A stretch of DNA of 64,000 nucleotides from Pristiophorus japonicus. Its lineage: Eukaryota. The translations under genes were made by a program, and so were the position numbers. This document shows, one piece after another, positions 62,971 to 64,000 of this stretch (its first letter is position 1; the number at the start of each line of letters is the position of its first letter). Location: positions 11,346,001 through 11,410,000 of the forward strand of contig NC_091999.1 of the NCBI RefSeq assembly GCF_044704955.1. Reading direction: 5' to 3'. Below the pieces are notes generated by a model. It had not been told where the DNA came from. It worked only from the letters and a program-made list of their open reading frames with translations, and made no database searches.

Positions 62971-64000
62971 CTGCCGGGCGAATTAATCGAACAGGTTGAG
63001 TTTCTCAGTCAGTTGCTGGAGGAAGAAGCGCGGCGCTATCAGATAAAGCAGTTCCAGGATAGGAGTGAGAAACAGAGAGAATGCATTCGTTGGCATTGCC
63101 TCGGATCTAGAATCATGGCATGTCACATTAAACAAAGAGGCAACAAGGCACATCCCGAGAGCCCACACATTTCTGATAAGGCTGCAATTCTCTCCCCTTA
63201 AGGTATGAATTATTAAAATCTGGAATAAAGGGCATGGTCAGACAGCCAGGAGAACAAATCTGGTGAGGAGTTTCTTTCTTGTCACTAACCACGATTTCCC
63301 TTCCCACGTGATTAATTTCAGCAGCGTGGAATGGCGCCTCCTGTTAGTTTCAGTCAGACATTAGTCTAAAGGGTTCAGCTCGTATTTGGAGATGGGGGAT
63401 CATTTCCCTTCCGAGAAATAACCAACGCAGTCCGATTACGATGATAAGATATTATCTCGGTGACAATATATCAATTATAAAGTAGATGAAGATGTTCAGT
63501 TTATTTCACACTGTCACGAAAAGAGAATGAGGTGGTGACGGGGCGTCGGTTTTGATAAACTTTCAGCTGGGGACTCACAAGGGGAAGATTTCCTCTGGTC
63601 TCTGTGGAAATCTCCTCTGAAAGTTTGTTGTAATGAAAGCACAAGCACATTAATTTTAAATGAGCTCAATATTTCATTAGAAATAGCTGGCACTCAAGCA
63701 CATACTGAGAGGAAACCAAATTAACCACGGATCAAACTGTCACCCAAGTGAATCTGGGAGCGGTGGCGCGGGGGGAAGGGGGCGACAACAAACTGCGGAG
63801 TCCCATTGACCCGTAAGATCGGTGACAGAATGAACCGACCAGTTAAACTGTTCTTCCTGCTTCTCATCAGCTGTTTTCCTTAAAGTTGTGGATCGATGTT
63901 CAGATCAGCTGTGTGAAAGAGGTTGCTGACAGCGCCAGGAACATTTCGCTTGTCGCCTCATTAATAGGGCAGGGACTGCTTCACAAATTCTGCTTCTGTT

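Overview
Vertebrate, most likely shark/elasmobranch, genomic DNA. The taxon is inferred from the CR1 and Deu-SINE types and the V-segment style. Positions 1-17.2 kb are nested retroelements: a gag/protease-only Gypsy-like LTR element, three CR1 LINEs, and a decayed endogenous retrovirus (gag-RT-RNaseH-IN-env) split by a full-length CR1. Positions 20-63 kb are a T-cell receptor V-segment array, most likely TCR alpha/delta. I count about 17 V segments or relics (leader exon, intron, V exon, 23-type RSS) in both orientations. Only one looks fully intact (43408-43938) and one is an open frame with a 2-codon deletion (20425-20924); the rest are pseudogenes. The array was shaped by a ~1.8 kb tandem duplication and a ~11 kb inverted duplication (35.1-46.5 kb vs 52.6-62.9 kb). 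The most notable signal is one V family whose three copies each carry a 24-bp-spacer RSS followed exactly 24 bp later by a co-oriented CTCF-like motif. All calls were made by eye, without alignments or database searches.
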